Positions 13,129-26,930 are shown, numbered from the stretch's first letter. The stretch is 64,000 nucleotides of DNA from Octopus vulgaris (GCA_951406725.2 OX597826.1:83390001-83454000), one strand, 5' to 3'. Program-made: numbers and translations. The notes: generated by a model not told the origin, from the sequence alone.

Positions 13129-13669
13129 GCACACACAATAGGTGACGGCCACCAGTAAAATTATCCAAATTATGTATCAGTGTGTGGGCGCCGTTGAATG
13201 TTTGGTTGGTGAAATAAACACAAAAACAAACTTCGAGAATTATGTTAATGAAAACGATAAAAATCTTGCCTTGTAATTAATCTCAGAAATATTTGACAGA
13301 TTAATGGAGATTTGCATTGATATAACAGCAGGATTCGAAAAATGTTGAGCTTGAAAGACCGTGGTGAGAAACTGTGTTCCTGTGACTATTGACGAGTAGA
13401 ACAACGATGTTGGAAGGGGAGTAGTTATAACTTGCGTTTCCAAGTTGAGCGATCGTCAGAATCTTGAAGACTGTGAGTGAATGATAGATTGGGGATTGAA
13501 GGCAAAGCATGTTGGAACCAAACAATAAATGGGCAAATAATTTGAAATTTGCAAAAGCGACGGGGCAAATACAGGCTGGTGTACAGAAATTACCAAATGA
13601 TGCCAGAGAGAATATTTTTTTTTTAAATGCAGTAAAACAGGAGATGCCAAATAGCTGAAATCGATATCT

Positions 13670-13875
13670 GAAGATTGTCACAAGGACACAGATTTGGTGC
13701 GGGGCCTCGATGATGGAACGGTCCCCGATGCTTGAATGATAGTTTATTTCTTAGCCTCCGGAAAGATAAAGGACAAAGTTGAATCTCAGCGGGATTTGAA
13801 CTCAGGAGTAAAATGACGTCACTAAATACAGTAAGTCGTTTCGTCCGATATTCTAATGATTCTATCAATTCACAC
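13670..13875 (-). mobile_element. Family A SINE
   Basis: ccggaaagataaaggacaaagttgaatctcagcgggatttgaactcagg. Confidence 0.7.
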
Positions 13876-14445
13876 GCGTCAGAGATGATGATGATGACGA
13901 GGAGGAGGGGAGAGGGGAGGGAGTCAGGAAGGAGTGGTACTTGGCATCGGGTCACGACGACTGTTTGAGAGAGGACAAGAGCGTCATTCTCTTTGAATTT
14001 TTGAAACGTATCGTGAACAGCGAGCGATATAACGGAATCACTGAAGAACTTAAGGAATCGATTAGGAGGAAGGAGCTGAACAAGAATCTGAAAACGATCG
14101 ACATTCTTTGGGACAGTGTTCCACTACACACATCATTGGAAACAAATCAGGTTATCGGTTAATTGATTTGGTCAGTGACTCGTATCCACCTTCCACTCCG
14201 TATCTGGAATCCTCTGCTGCATAGACCACAGCTTCTGTTATTACATTGACTATTCACTGGGCACTCACATCCGACCAACAATTCTGAAGAATTGTCAATA
14301 TTGCCAAGTGTAATAATCGGCACGAAACCGACGCCAACATTGAAATGCCAGAACCAGAAATATAATCCTTGACAATATTAAAGTGTAACCTCTCACTTTC
14401 GTTTAGCGTCTTCTTTTAATTTTTTGACTTATGAACAATTAACCG

Positions 14446-14494
<49 letters not shown>

Positions 14495-14502
14495 CACATA
14501 CA

Positions 14503-15371
14503 CGAGGTCTGATCAATACGTATCCGGACTGTAACGAAGCTAAAACATGTAGAGTAAAGCCGCTGGGCAAAAATTGACCAAGAACTCTGCCGTGCATACG
14601 CACTAAGTTTCAACGTTCTAGCTCACTTCCGCTGCTTACAGCAGTGCTTGGTAGGAAGGTGTGTAGCGTGCGATCATCGCATTGACCATGACAGAGAAAG
14701 CTTTCATGGCGATACCTGCTCAGAGGCCTACACTAAGTTGCAGAAAGTGTACAGAAAGGAGTGTATGAGACGCGCCCAAGTGTACGAGTGGTTCAGACGT
14801 TCCCAAGATGGCCGAAAAATGCCGATACTGTCGAACATTCTGGGAGACTCGCAACCAGCAGAACTGAGAAAAACATCACAGATGTGCGTGCAACTGAGAG
14901 GGGAAATCGTCGAATCACCATCCGTGAGTTATCAGAGGATGTGCAGATTAGTTACGGTTCAATTCAGTCCATTATTACTGAAGATTTAGATATGAGACGC
15001 GTATCTGCCAAGTTTGTGTCAAATCTGCTTTCAGCTGACCAAAACGACACTCGGGATTCGTTGATTGTGTCGAGAACGATAAAAACTTTTTGAAAACTTT
15101 GCTTAGGCCTCTGAGCAGTTATCGCCAAGCTTTTGGCAAAATTTGATGCAGATTCTCTGCTCAGCTTTTGCTGTCATGGTCAATGCGACGATCACATGCT
15201 ACACACCTTCCTTCCAAACACTGCTGTAAACAGTTCAAGAGAGTTAGAACGTTAAAACGTATTGCGCATGCACTGCAGAATTCCTGGTCAATCTGTGCCA
15301 AGCGGTTTTACTCTGAGTGTTTTAGCTTCGTTACTATAGCAGCAGTCCGGATACTTATTGATCAGACCACG
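14503..15371 (+). mobile_element. Mariner-derived MITE with about 200-270 bp inverted arms
   Basis: Ends cgaggtctgatcaata / tattgatcagaccacg followed by TA; internal transposase N-terminus (RAQVYEWFRR, HSGRLATS, RRITIRELSE, MRRVSAKFVSNLLS); no catalytic domain. Confidence 0.92.
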
Positions 15372-15698
15372 TAGATATCATTGATGAGGGAAACAGAAGA
15401 TGGATTTAGTACGAATCTTTATTCGGCACGAGGATCATTTCGGCCCATGCTACAGCTGCCCCTAGGGGGGGGGTCACTTCAGGTGCTTGGTGTAAAAAAT
15501 GATGTCGCACTATTATAATTATAAACTCAACAAACACTGCAGATTTCCTGACGTAAGACCCAGTAAAAACTATATCGGAACTGTGGGTGACATCAGGTAG
15601 CCCAAACGGTGAACGTGCTTTAATCGGCATACTAATAGACATATATCCAAAGTTCACACACACACACACATATAAATATATGTGTGTGTGTATGTATA

Positions 15699-16020
15699 TC
15701 TATATATGTAAAACAGAGGATGTGTGTCTGTCTGTGTGCTTGATTTCAATGAAATTTTATACATGTATTACTAAGTGTCCATGGAGTATCATGGGTCAAA
15801 AAGAGTTTCAACTTCTTACCTAATGCGGGCCCAGGAGCAGATAAACTGCATTTTTAAAGCATTTTCGCAGCGTTAAGGCCCGTAACTTGAAGAGTATCCA
15901 ATCACTTTTCCTCCAGATCTGCAACAAACCTTAATGAAGTTCCTCGAATTGCTGTTAACTAAAAAAATTTCGGACGCCAACCATGCCCCTCACCAAAAAA
16001 GTGCAGATTAATCAGATTTG
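15699..16020 (+). mobile_element. Probable non-autonomous Helitron 5' end
   Basis: A|TC start followed by tatatatgtaaaa, gtctgtctg microsatellite and gatttcaatgaaattttatac, a layout typical of non-autonomous Helitrons; no 3' CTRR end identified. Confidence 0.55.
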
Positions 16021-16034
16021 AGTATACTGCACGA

Positions 16035-16390
16035 AATTTTGGGGGAGGTAACCAGATCGACCCCAGTACGCAACTGGTACTTAATTTCTCGACTCCGAAA
16101 GGATGAAAGGCAAAGTCGACCTCGGCGGAATTTGATCTCAGAACGTAAAGACAGACGAAATACCTATTTCTTTACTACCCACAAGGGACTAAACACAGAG
16201 GGGACAAACAAGGACAGACAAACGGATTAAGTCGATTATATCGACCCCAGTGTGTAACTGGTACTTAATTTATCGACCCCGAAAGGATGAAAGTCGACCT
16301 CGGCGGAATTTGAACTCAGAACGTAACGACAGACAAAATACCGATAAGCATTTCGCCCGGCGCGCTAACCACTCTGCCAGCCCCTCGCCA
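16035..16390 (-). mobile_element. Tandem pair of young family A SINEs
   Basis: Two copies of ccgaaaggatgaaag..gtcgacctcggcggaatttga.ctcagaacgta with CpGs intact. Confidence 0.9.
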
Positions 16391-16735
16391 TCTTCTTGAT
16401 ACTACTTATGCATTATAAGTAGCGTATAATATTTCATGAAAATCTTTTTGTCCAATTTGGCACAAGAAATGATAAGAGCATTAAAATTTTGGTCGGTGCC
16501 CTGTTGATGTTTCATGTTATCAATCCGCGCGCCACCGGGCCATGTGCGTATATGTGCAGCTGGGTAAAGGCACAAAAACCCATTCATCCATTCTCCAGAA
16601 GTGCCCTGTTGATATTTCACGCTTCCAATCCTGCACAATGCAGCATGACGCAGCAGCACAACTGCTTTCTATGTCATCCATGCCTCAACTTTATAATGCA
16701 AAATGTTCAGACAAAACAAAACTGCTGTTGTGACT

Positions 16736-19700
16736 CACAGCCATTTGAGTTTGACCGAAAACTACTCTCGCCACCCACAGCCATTTGAGTTTGACCGAAA
16801 ACTACTCTCGCCACCCACAGCCATTTGAGTTTGACCGAAAACTACTCTCGCCACCCACAGCCATTTGAGTTTGACCGAAAACTACTCTCGCCACCCACAG
16901 CCATTTGAGTTTGACCGAAAACTACTCTCGCCACCCACAGCCATTTGAGTTTGACCGAAAACTACTCTCGCCACCCACAGCCATTTGAGTTTGACCGAAA
17001 ACTACTCTCGCCACCCACAGCCATTTGAGTTTGACCGAAACCTACTCGCCACCCACAGCCATTTGAGTTTGACCGAAAACTACTCTCGCCACCCACAGCC
17101 ATTTGAGTTTGACCGAAAACTACTCTCGCCACCCACAGCCATTTGAGTTTGACCGAAAACTACTCTCGCCACCCACAGCCATTTGAGTTTGACCGAAAAC
17201 TACTCTCGCCACCCACAGCCATTTGAGTTTGACCGAAAACTACTCTCGCCACCCACAGCCATTTGAGTTTGACCGAAAACTACTCTCGCCACCCACAGCC
17301 ATTTGAGTTTGACCGAAAACTACTCTCGCCACCCACAGCCATTTGAGTTTGACCGAAAACTACTCTCGCCACCCACAGCCATTTGAGTTTGACCGAAAAC
17401 TACTCTCGCCACCCACAGCCATTTGAGTTTGACCGAAAACTACTCTCGCCACCCACAGCCATTTGAGTTTGACCGAAAACTACTCTCGCCACCCACAGCC
17501 ATTTGAGTTTGACCGAAAACTACTCTCGCCACCCACAGCCATTTGAGTTTGACCGAAAACTACTCTCGCCACCCACAGCCATTTGAGTTTGACCGAAACC
17601 TACTCTCGCCACCCACAGCCATTTGAGTTTGACCGAAAACTACTCTCGCCACCCACAGCCATTTGAGTTTGACCGAAAACTACTCTCGCCACCCACAGCC
17701 ATTTGAGTTTGACCGAAAACTACTCTCGCCACCCACAGCCATTTGAGTTTGACCGAAAACTACTCTCGCCACCCACAGCCATTTGAGTTTGACCGAAAAC
17801 TACTCTCGCCACCCACAGCCATTTGAGTTTGACCGAAAACTACTCTCGCCACCCACAGCCATTTGAGTTTGACCGAAAACTACTCTCGCCACCCACAGCC
17901 ATTTGAGTTTGACCGAAAACTACTCTCGCCACCCACAGCCATTTGAGTTTGACCGAAACTACTCTCGCCACCCACAGCCATTTGAGTTTGACCGAAAACT
18001 ACTCTCGCCACCCACAGCCATTTGAGTTTGACCACTCTCGCCACCCACAGCCATTTGAGTTTGACCGAAAACTACTCTCGCCACCCACAGCCATTTGAGT
18101 TTGACCGAAACCTCTGACACACTCTCGCCACCCACAGCCATTTGAGTTTGACCGAAAACTACTCTCGCCACCCACAGCCATTTGAGTTTGACCGAAAACT
18201 ACTCTCGCCACCCACAGCCATTTGAGTTTGACCGAAAACTACTCTCGCCACCCACAGCCATTTGAGTTTGACCGAAAACTACTCTCGCCACCCACAGCCA
18301 TTTGAGTTTGACCGAAAACTACTCTCGCCACCCACAGCCATTTGAGTTTGACCGAAAACTACTCTCGCCACCCACAGCCATTTGAGTTTGACCGAAAACT
18401 ACTCTCGCCACCCACAGCCATTTGAGTTTGACCGAAAACTACTCTCGCCACCCACAGCCATTTGAGTTTGACCGAAAACTACTCTCGCCACCCACAGCCA
18501 TTTGAGTTTGACCGAAAACTACTCTCGCCACCCACAGCCATTTGAGTTTGACCCGAAAACTACTCTCGCCACCCACAGCCATTTGAGTTTGACCGAAAAC
18601 TACTCTCGCCACCCACAGCCATTTGAGTTTGACCGAAAACTACTCTCGCCACCCACAGCCATTTGAGTTTGACCGAAAACTACTCTCGCCACCCACAGCC
18701 ATTTGAGTTTGACCGAAAACTACTCTCGCCACCCACAGCCATTTGAGTTTGACCGAAAACTACTCGCCACCCACAGCCATTTGAGTTTGACCGAAAACTA
18801 CTCTCGCCACCCACAGCCATTTGAGTTTGACCGAAAACTACTCTCGCCACCCACAGCCATTTGAGTTTGACCGAAAACTACTCTCGCCACCCACAGCCAT
18901 TTGAGTTTGACCGAAAACTACTCTCGCCACCCACAGCCATTTGAGTTTGACCGAAAACTACTCTCGCCACCCACAGCCATTTGAGTTTGACCGAAAACTA
19001 CTCTCGCCACCCACAGCCATTTGAGTTTGACCGAAAACTACTCTCGCCACCCACAGCCATTTGAGTTTGACCGAAAACTACTCTCGCCACCCACAGCCAT
19101 TTGAGTTTGACCGAAAACTACTCTCGCCACCCACAGCCATTTGAGTTTGACCGAAAACTACTCTCGCCACCCACAGCCATTTGAGTTTGACCGGAAACTA
19201 CTCTCGCCACCCACAGCCATTTGAGTTTGACCGAAAACTACTCTCGCCACCCACAGCCATTTGAGTTTGACCGAAAACTACTCTCGCCACCCACAGCCAT
19301 TTGAGTTTGACCGAAAACTACTCTCGCCACCCACAGCCATTTGAGTTTGACCGAAAACTACTCTCGCCACCCACAGCCATTTGAGTTTGACCGAAAACTA
19401 CTCTCGCCACCCACAGCCATTTGAGTTTGACCGAAAACTACTCTCGCCACCCACAGCCATTTGAGTTTGACCGAAAACTACTCTCGCCACCCACAGCCAT
19501 TTGAGTTTGACCGAAAACTACTCTCGCCACCCACAGCCATTTGAGTTTGACCGAAAACTACTCTCGCCACCCACAGCCATTTGAGTTTGACCGAAAACTA
19601 CTCTCGCCACCCACAGCCATTTGAGTTTGACCGAAAACTACTCTCGCCACCCACAGCCATTTGAGTTTGACCGAAAACTACTCTCGCCACCCACAGCCAT

Positions 19701-22075
19701 TTGAGTTTGACCGAAAACTACTCTCGCCACCCACAGCCATTTGAGTTTGACCGAAAACTACTCTCGCCACCCACAGCCATTTGAGTTTGACCGAAAACTA
19801 CTCTCGCCACCCACAGCCATTTGAGTTTGACCGAAAACTACTCTCGCCACCCACAGCCATTTGAGTTTGACCGAAAACTACTCTCGCCACCCACAGCCAT
19901 TTGAGTTTGACCGAAAACTACTCTCGCCACCCACAGCCATTTGAGTTTGACCGAAAACTACTCTCGCCACCCACAGCCATTTGAGTTTGACCGAAAACTA
20001 CTCTCGCCACCCACAGCCATTTGAGTTTGACCGAAAACTACTCTCGCCACCCACAGCCATTTGAGTTTGACCGAAAACTACTCTCGCCACCCACAGCCAT
20101 TTGAGTTTGACCGAAAACTACTCTCGCCACCCACAGCCATTTGAGTTTGACCGAAAACTACTCTCGCCACCCACAGCCATTTGAGTTTGACCGAAAACTA
20201 CTCTCGCCACCCACAGCCATTTGAGTTTGACCGAAAACTACTCTCGCCACCCACAGCCATTTGAGTTTGACCGAAAACTACTCTCGCCACCCACAGCCAT
20301 TTGAGTTTGACCGAAAACTACTCTCGCCACCCACAGCCATTTGAGTTTGACCGAAAACTACTCTCGCCACCCACAGCCATTTGAGTTTGACCGAAAACTA
20401 CTCGCCACCCACAGCCATTTGAGTTTGACCGAAAACTACTCTCGCCACCCACAGCCATTTGAGTTTGACCGAAAACTACTCTCGCCACCCACAGCCATTT
20501 GAGTTTGACCGAAAACTACTCTCGCCACCCACAGCCATTTGAGTTTGACCGAAAACTACTCTCGCCACCCACAGCCATTTGAGTTTGACCGAAAACTACT
20601 CTCGCCACCCACAGCCATTTGAGTTTGACCGAAAACTACTCTCGCCACCCACAGCCATTTGAGTTTGACCGAAAACTACTCTCGCCACCCACAGCCATTT
20701 GAGTTTGACCGAAAAACTACTCTCGCCACCCACAGCCATTTGAGTTTGACCGAAAACTACTCTCGCCACCCACAGCCATTTGAGTTTGACCGAAAACTAC
20801 TCTCGCCACCCACAGCCATTTGAGTTTGACCGAAAACTACTCTCGCCACCCACAGCCATTTGAGTTTGACCGAAAACTACTCTCGCCACCCACAGCCATT
20901 TGAGTTTGACCGAAAACTACTCTCGCCACCCACAGCCATTTGAGTTTGACCGAAAACTACTCTCGCCACCCACAGCCATTTGAGTTTGACCGAAAACTAC
21001 TCTCGCCACCCACAGCCATTTGAGTTTGACCGAAAACTACTCTCGCCACCCACAGCCATTTGAGTTTGACCGAAAACTACTCTCGCCACCCACAGCCATT
21101 TGAGTTTGACCGAAAACTACTCTCGCCACCCACAGCCATTTGAGTTTGACCGAAAACTACTCTCGCCACCCACAGCCATTTGAGTTTGACCGAAAACTAC
21201 TCTCGCCACCCACAGCCATTTGAGTTTGACCGAAAACTAGCCATTTGAGTTTGACCGAAACTACTCGCCACCCACAGCCATTTGAGTTTGACCGAAAACT
21301 ACTCTCGCCACCCACAGCCATTTGAGTTTGACCGAAAACTACTCTCGCCACCCACAGCCATTTGAGTTTGACCGAAAACTACTCTCGCCACCCACAGCCA
21401 TTTGAGTTTGACCGAAAACTACTCTCGCCACCCACAGCCATTTGAGTTTGACCGAAAACTACTCTCGCCACCCACAGCCATTTGAGTTTGACCGAAAACT
21501 ACTCTCGCCACCCACAGCCATTTGAGTTTGACCGAAAACTACTCTCGCCACCCACAGCCATTTGAGTTTGACCGAAAACTACTCTCGCCACCCACAGCCA
21601 TTTGAGTTTGACCGAAAACTACTCTCGCCACCCACAGCCATTTGAGTTTGACCGAAAACTACTCTCGCCACCCACAGCCATTTGAGTTTGACCGAAAACT
21701 ACTCTCGCCACCCACAGCCATTTGAGTTTGACCGAAAAAAACTACTCTCGCCACCCACAGCCATTTGAGTTTGACCGAAAACTACTCTCGCCACCCACAG
21801 CCATTTGAGTTTGACCGAAAACTACTCTCGCCACCCACAGCCATTTGAGTTTGACCGAAAACTACTCTCGCCACCCACAGCCATTTGAGTTTGACCGAAA
21901 ACTACTCTCGCCACCCACAGCCATTTGAGTTTGACCGAAAACTACTCTCGCCACCCACAGCCATTTGAGTTTGACCGAAAACTACTCTCGCCACCCACAG
22001 CCATTTGAGTTTGACCGAAAACTACTCTCGCCACCCACAGCCATTTGAGTTTGACCGAAAACTACTCTCGCCACC
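16736..22075. repeat. 40-bp satellite array, about 133 copies (ccatttgagtttgaccgaaaactactctcgccacccacag)
   Basis: Near-perfect head-to-tail repeats over 5.3 kb with few indels and no spacers. Confidence 0.99.
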
Positions 22076-22284
22076 TCTTCCCTTCCTTGTTTAGTCGGAC
22101 TGAAATCGGATGCATTTTTTTAAAACTCACTTTTATCAAAATTTATCATGTTTAACACGTGTTAAAAGTGTAAAAATTTTGAATTTTGTTTCTAATTTTA
22201 TTTTTATTCCAGTTGGATCCCTCTTATTTGTCCATGACAGCTTTTTTCCAATTTGGCAGCAATCAATTTCCTTACCTCCGTCCC

Positions 22285-22550
22285 CAAAATGTAGCAATCG
22301 TTTATCTGAGCTTAAAGAACACATTCGGTTGGCAGTGCAGGAGCTAACTTCTGAAATGCTTCAAAATGCGATTCACAATGCTAAGGAGAGACTTGAAGTA
22401 GGGAGACAGACATGTTGGAAATTTTCAATAAAAGTTTAACGTAAGATTTATAAATCTATTTGTTTTGGTAATAGACATAAAATTCTGTCAGTTTTTGTTT
22501 GTTTTTAATTTGCTCAATTTCCTTGAAACAATTAATTCTGGAACACCCTG
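22285..22550 (+). mobile_element. 3' end of a Tc1/mariner (rosa/DD41D-like) element
   Basis: LSELKEHIRLAVQELTSEMLQNAIHNAKERL C-terminal pattern, followed by TIR-like aattctggaacaccctg. Confidence 0.7.
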
Positions 22551-22719
22551 AATGGTGCAGCGTTGTTAGTTGTTGCGTTGCTCAACTAAATATTAAAGTC
22601 AAGGGTCTTCTCACTGTAAATATCCCAACTTTTTGTTAAGAATATATTGGGGTGGGTGGGGGTATCAATGAAGAGAGAAGGTGTTTAGGAGTGAAGAGAG
22701 GTCGTAGATTTCAGAGGAA

Positions 22720-23740
22720 GAGAGGAGAGGTGGGTAAGAGTGAAGAGAGAAAGTAGGTGTCAGATGAAGAGAGGAGGGGAGTTGAGTCCATGTGACGCAA
22801 AAGTGCGAAGATTAATACTTGTTCACGGCAAAGACGGGAATCCAGATGGCCCCCTGTGCTAAGACATTCCGAACACAGACGGGTGTTGTAGTGAATGACC
22901 GGCAGAACGGAAATGGCGCGAGACCGGTGTACCATTGCCGAGTATGATGTTTCGGAGGTGCTCTGAGAACCGGTCAGCCAAGCGGCATCCCGTTTGACCG
23001 ATGTGCAGAAAAGGGCAGAAAGAGCAGGAGATGCAGTAAGTGACGTTGCTAGAAGGGCAGGAAAAGGAGTCAGTGATATGATTGGGGCGATGATGGGCGC
23101 CTGTGAGGATGGTAGTGTTGGAAAGATAGGACAAGTGCGGTAGCGTGGTCGGGAGCAGGGAACGAGCCAGGTTGGGAGGTGAGGTTAAGGAAGAAACTGT
23201 GGACCAGGAGGTCACGCAGGTTGTGGGATCGTTTTAAGGAGGGAAGGGGTAGGTTGGGGAGGATGTGCTAGGTGGTGGGGTCGAACTGGAGCCACTGGAA
23301 GGCTCGGAGAATGGTGCGTTGGAGGGGCAGGATGGAAGGGTGGTAGGTGAGGGGAAACGGGAGACGGGCAACAGCGGGGCGGGTGCAGGGAAAGAGAGAA
23401 GAGCCACGATCCACGGAACGTGCTCTGGCAAAGGTTGTGTGGATAGTGGTGAGGCGATATCCATGAAGGATGAAGCGGCGAGCCATGAGTTGAGACTGAG
23501 TCTCAAAGTCGTGGTTGTCACTGCAGAGCCTGCGCAGAGGAAGAAATTTGGAGTAGGGGATGGAGAGCTTGGTGTGGGTAAGGTAGGAGGAGGAGAAGTT
23601 AAGGTATAAGTGTGAGTCGGTGTGTTTGTAGAGGATGGAGGTAGTGAGTGGTGTACGTTGACCGAAATGTCGAGAAATGCGACAGAAGTGTTGGAAATAG
23701 TGCAGAATTCGGAGTCAGAATGGAAAGATTGGCACATTTG
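22720..23740 (-). mobile_element. Penelope-like retroelement fragment (RT C-terminus/thumb plus GIY-YIG endonuclease), frameshifted
   Basis: SVAFLDISV, SIPYSKFLPLRRLCSD, FSCPSSNVTYCISCSFCPFLHIGQTGCRLADRFSEHLRNI, PVSRHF, RLCREQVLIFAL. Confidence 0.92.
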
Positions 23741-23989
23741 ACGGATGGGTGTATTTTCCATAAATTCTTGCACATGATTCTTTCTTGTAAAGTAGATAAT
23801 CTCCATATTGACAGCCTGCTGTCCACCAATTACAATAAAAGTGGAATAATAAAATTATAAACCAATGATAAGATTTTTTTTTAAATCTAATGTGAGATCG
23901 AATATTCGTTTGGAATCTTCTGCCTACTTTTTTTTTCATTTTATTTTATATTCATTTTTTTTCTATTTTAAACAGAAAATGAATGTAAT

Positions 23990-24460
23990 GATTTCTGATT
24001 TCGCACAAGACTAGCAATTTGAAATCAACACCACCGTTTGACTGGCACTTCATTTGAACGACTTCTTTCAGAGGATAAAAGGCAAAGTCGACCTCGACAA
24101 GATTTAAACAGGACGTAAAGATCCAGAACAAATACGGTAAAACATTCCGTTTGAAGCGGTGACAATTTTATCAATTCAATAACAATAGTTAGAATCATAA
24201 TAATAATTATTATAATAATAATAATTATTATTATTATTATTATTATTATTTCTGCTCAAGGCACAAGGCCTTAAAAATTTTGGGGAAGGGGGCTAGTCGA
24301 TTACATTGACCCCAGTGCGTAACTGATAATTATTTCATCGACCCCGAAAGAATAAAGGGCAAAGTCGACCTCGGTGGAATTTGAACTCAGAACGTTACGA
24401 CGAGCGAAAGGACGCTAAGCATTTCGTCCAGCGTGCTATCAACTCAGCCAGCTCACCACC
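23990..24460 (-). mobile_element. Two family A SINEs separated by (AAT/ATT)n
   Basis: ggcaaagtcgacctcg motif at about 24081 and 24358. Confidence 0.85.
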
Positions 24461-24464
24461 TTAC

Positions 24465-24698
<234 letters not shown>

Positions 24699-24699
24699 G

Positions 24700-26930
24700 T
24701 AACAAAGGCCGCAAGAAGAGGACATTTAAGACAAAGCAAAGACAAAGGACGAGTAAACTAAAAATAAAACAATAAGAATGAGCAAGAAAACTATAAAAGA
24801 ACAAAAGTTGCCCAATAGTGGAGAGCAGCATCCAAGAGTAATCAAAGAACTCCATATATCTTGGGACACCACGACCGCTAAGAGTATATCCTGGGCCAAC
24901 CCGACCGCCCACTGGTTTCCCATTTGGTTTCTCCATCTTACAAGCTCCACCTTAGAGTAGACTCACTCACTTGAACCACCCTCGCTACATTCACCCACCT
25001 TTCAACAAATTTTCTGGACGGTAGCAAATCTCTCTCTCTCCATCCTCATCTTCTTTTGCGAGTGGAAACTGAAAAGAAGTTGATAGTAAGGGTGGGGAGT
25101 CTTGACTGAAAAAGAAAGTGTCTGTCTTGTCTTCAGTCCCTTCAGCTGTGTCCACCACAGGGTTTTCCACTATACTCACTAGAAAGAGAAAAAAATACCG
25201 CCTGCCCCTCCCGACCAAAGGAAGGCGATGAGACGATCTTCTCGATGAAATCGGCCGATACCTGGATCCGCCCTGTACGTGACAGCGGCTGTTCCCCATA
25301 ACTCCACACATCAGTAATGCTCGATCACTGTACGAACGCATTCAAGACAGTTTCGTTGTTCTGTCTGCATCTCGGACAAGTGCAGCGGACGGTACAACGA
25401 TGCGTGTAAAGTTTATCTCAAACCGGCAATGCCCTCTACCCCGGCAATTTCTAGGAATAACCCATAGGGCCCGACCTGAAAATCGTTCAGAAAAGACCAA
25501 CCAGTTGATTTTCATCGACGCTCAAAGACGTCGTCCCTGAAGGATGTCGACGCTCAGTTACAGCAGACAGCTATGAAGACAAAGGCGAATAAATTCAACA
25601 TGAAGCAATAAAGCTTGTAGAGGCCATGAAGCATTCCTGGCAATTTGAGCCTCGCCTCATCACTCAAAGTATCCGTTACTTTAAATGCTGAAATAACGTT
25701 TCTCAGAGTTTTGTGTCTCTCTGCCAAGAGTAGCGATAGAAATCGTCAAGGCATCAAACTCCTCCGTGTACAATTCAATTAAATCCGTCCAGTAAAATCG
25801 TGTCTAAAAACCCCGCGTTCTTGCTCCGAATCTGATAGCAAGATCCTGCTGTCGTCTTTCAGAGGCCCAAATGTTGATGTGCTACCACCTGGACCCATTG
25901 AACAAACAATTCGATTGGTCCTTTGGAAGCCCTGACACCACCCGATGCTTCGTTATGTATGACACTTCATTCGCCCGATTTGTTTCGGTCCAAGCACCAT
26001 TGGCTGTTGCAGACGAGCGGCATTTCTTGGTGTTACTGCTGTGTTCGTTTTTGCTCTTGTTCTTGTTAATGATGATGATGATGATGACGACGACGACGAC
26101 GACGATGATGGTGGTAGTAGTGGTGTCATTTATTTCGTTCGACATTTCACTGACATCCCCAACCTTTTTGTTTTTTTGTCTCGGCAAAATGTTGATATCT
26201 CAGTCGTTTCCGCCCTCATCTTGGCTGTATTTGCCACGATTGTTCGAGTTGTTTCTCTTGTTGATGTTTTTAGCTGTGGTGGTGACTGTTGCTATTGAAA
26301 TCTTCGGTAAAAATCATTTTTTACTCTTTGACAATCAAAATTTTCAAGGCAGAAGAGCTTCAGTGTTCTCACTACCCCACTTCTCAAGGTTATCTCCCTC
26401 TACTCTTCCCTCTTCAAACATCAAACTTGACATTTTTAATATAATGTTCGTCAGTTGGCTGCAAACGTTCAGATTAAAGAACCGTGTCTCCCACGTCAAT
26501 TAGTTGAAACAGAGAGCTTTTAAAACCTCTTTCTTCTGAGATTCATGGAATATGACACCATTATGCTAACGTTACCCGCATACACCAACACAACTCTCTC
26601 GAGTCCTGGTTCGGAAGATATGCTTCTCATCAGACTTAATTTCCATAACAGCAGTTCGAGAGTCGGTGCATACTAAAGAAATGAAAGATGTCCCATCTGA
26701 CGGACTGGGCAGGTCGTATGTTCCGACTGTAAGCTGTTCATACTGACACCTGAGAAAATGGCACCATGTTGAAATAAGCCTCCCAATTGAAAGCTTTAAA
26801 TTGATCAGTATGAGTGAATTCACTTGGCCTTTCAATCTTTTGAAGGCGATAAAGAAAAACGAGATTCGGTGCAATCGACTACACCGTGGGACGCAATGCA
26901 TTTGAATGACTGTAATCTGATAACTAGAAA
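24700..26930 (-). mobile_element. Heavily decayed L1/Tx1-like LINE ORF2 (RT remnant to zinc knuckle and 3' UTR)
   Basis: DQFKAFN (DxxKAFD-like, about 26790), ALPV*DKLYTH..TCPRCRQNNETVLNAFVQ (zf-RVT-like), LWWTQLKGLKT, KFVERWVNVARV; homologous to 38280-39060. The 5' part is less certain. Confidence 0.7.

Noticed and set aside
13884-14400. Protein-like ORF (EDKSVILFEFLKRIV...) as an exon
   Set aside because: Weak splice signals and no recognisable family; the opposite strand resembles a decayed LINE 3' end.
16736-22075. CRISPR array or telomeric repeat
   Set aside because: Units are directly adjacent with no unique spacers, there are no cas genes, the unit is not TTAGGG-like, and the context is eukaryotic.
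24999-25178. 180-bp minus-strand exon with good AG/GT sites
   Set aside because: Alternative frames (LWWTQLKGLKT, KFVERWVNVARV) align with the LINE at 38280-39060, so it is LINE-derived. Exonisation is not excluded.
25871-26503. 210-aa hydrophobic ORF as a membrane protein
   Set aside because: Antisense to an A-rich LINE relic and inflated by (GAT)/(GAC) repeats.
26595-26640. Hammerhead-like CTGATGA-GAAG-catat-CTTC on the minus strand
   Set aside because: Followed by CGAAC rather than GAAA, has no stems I and III, and lies within a LINE relic.
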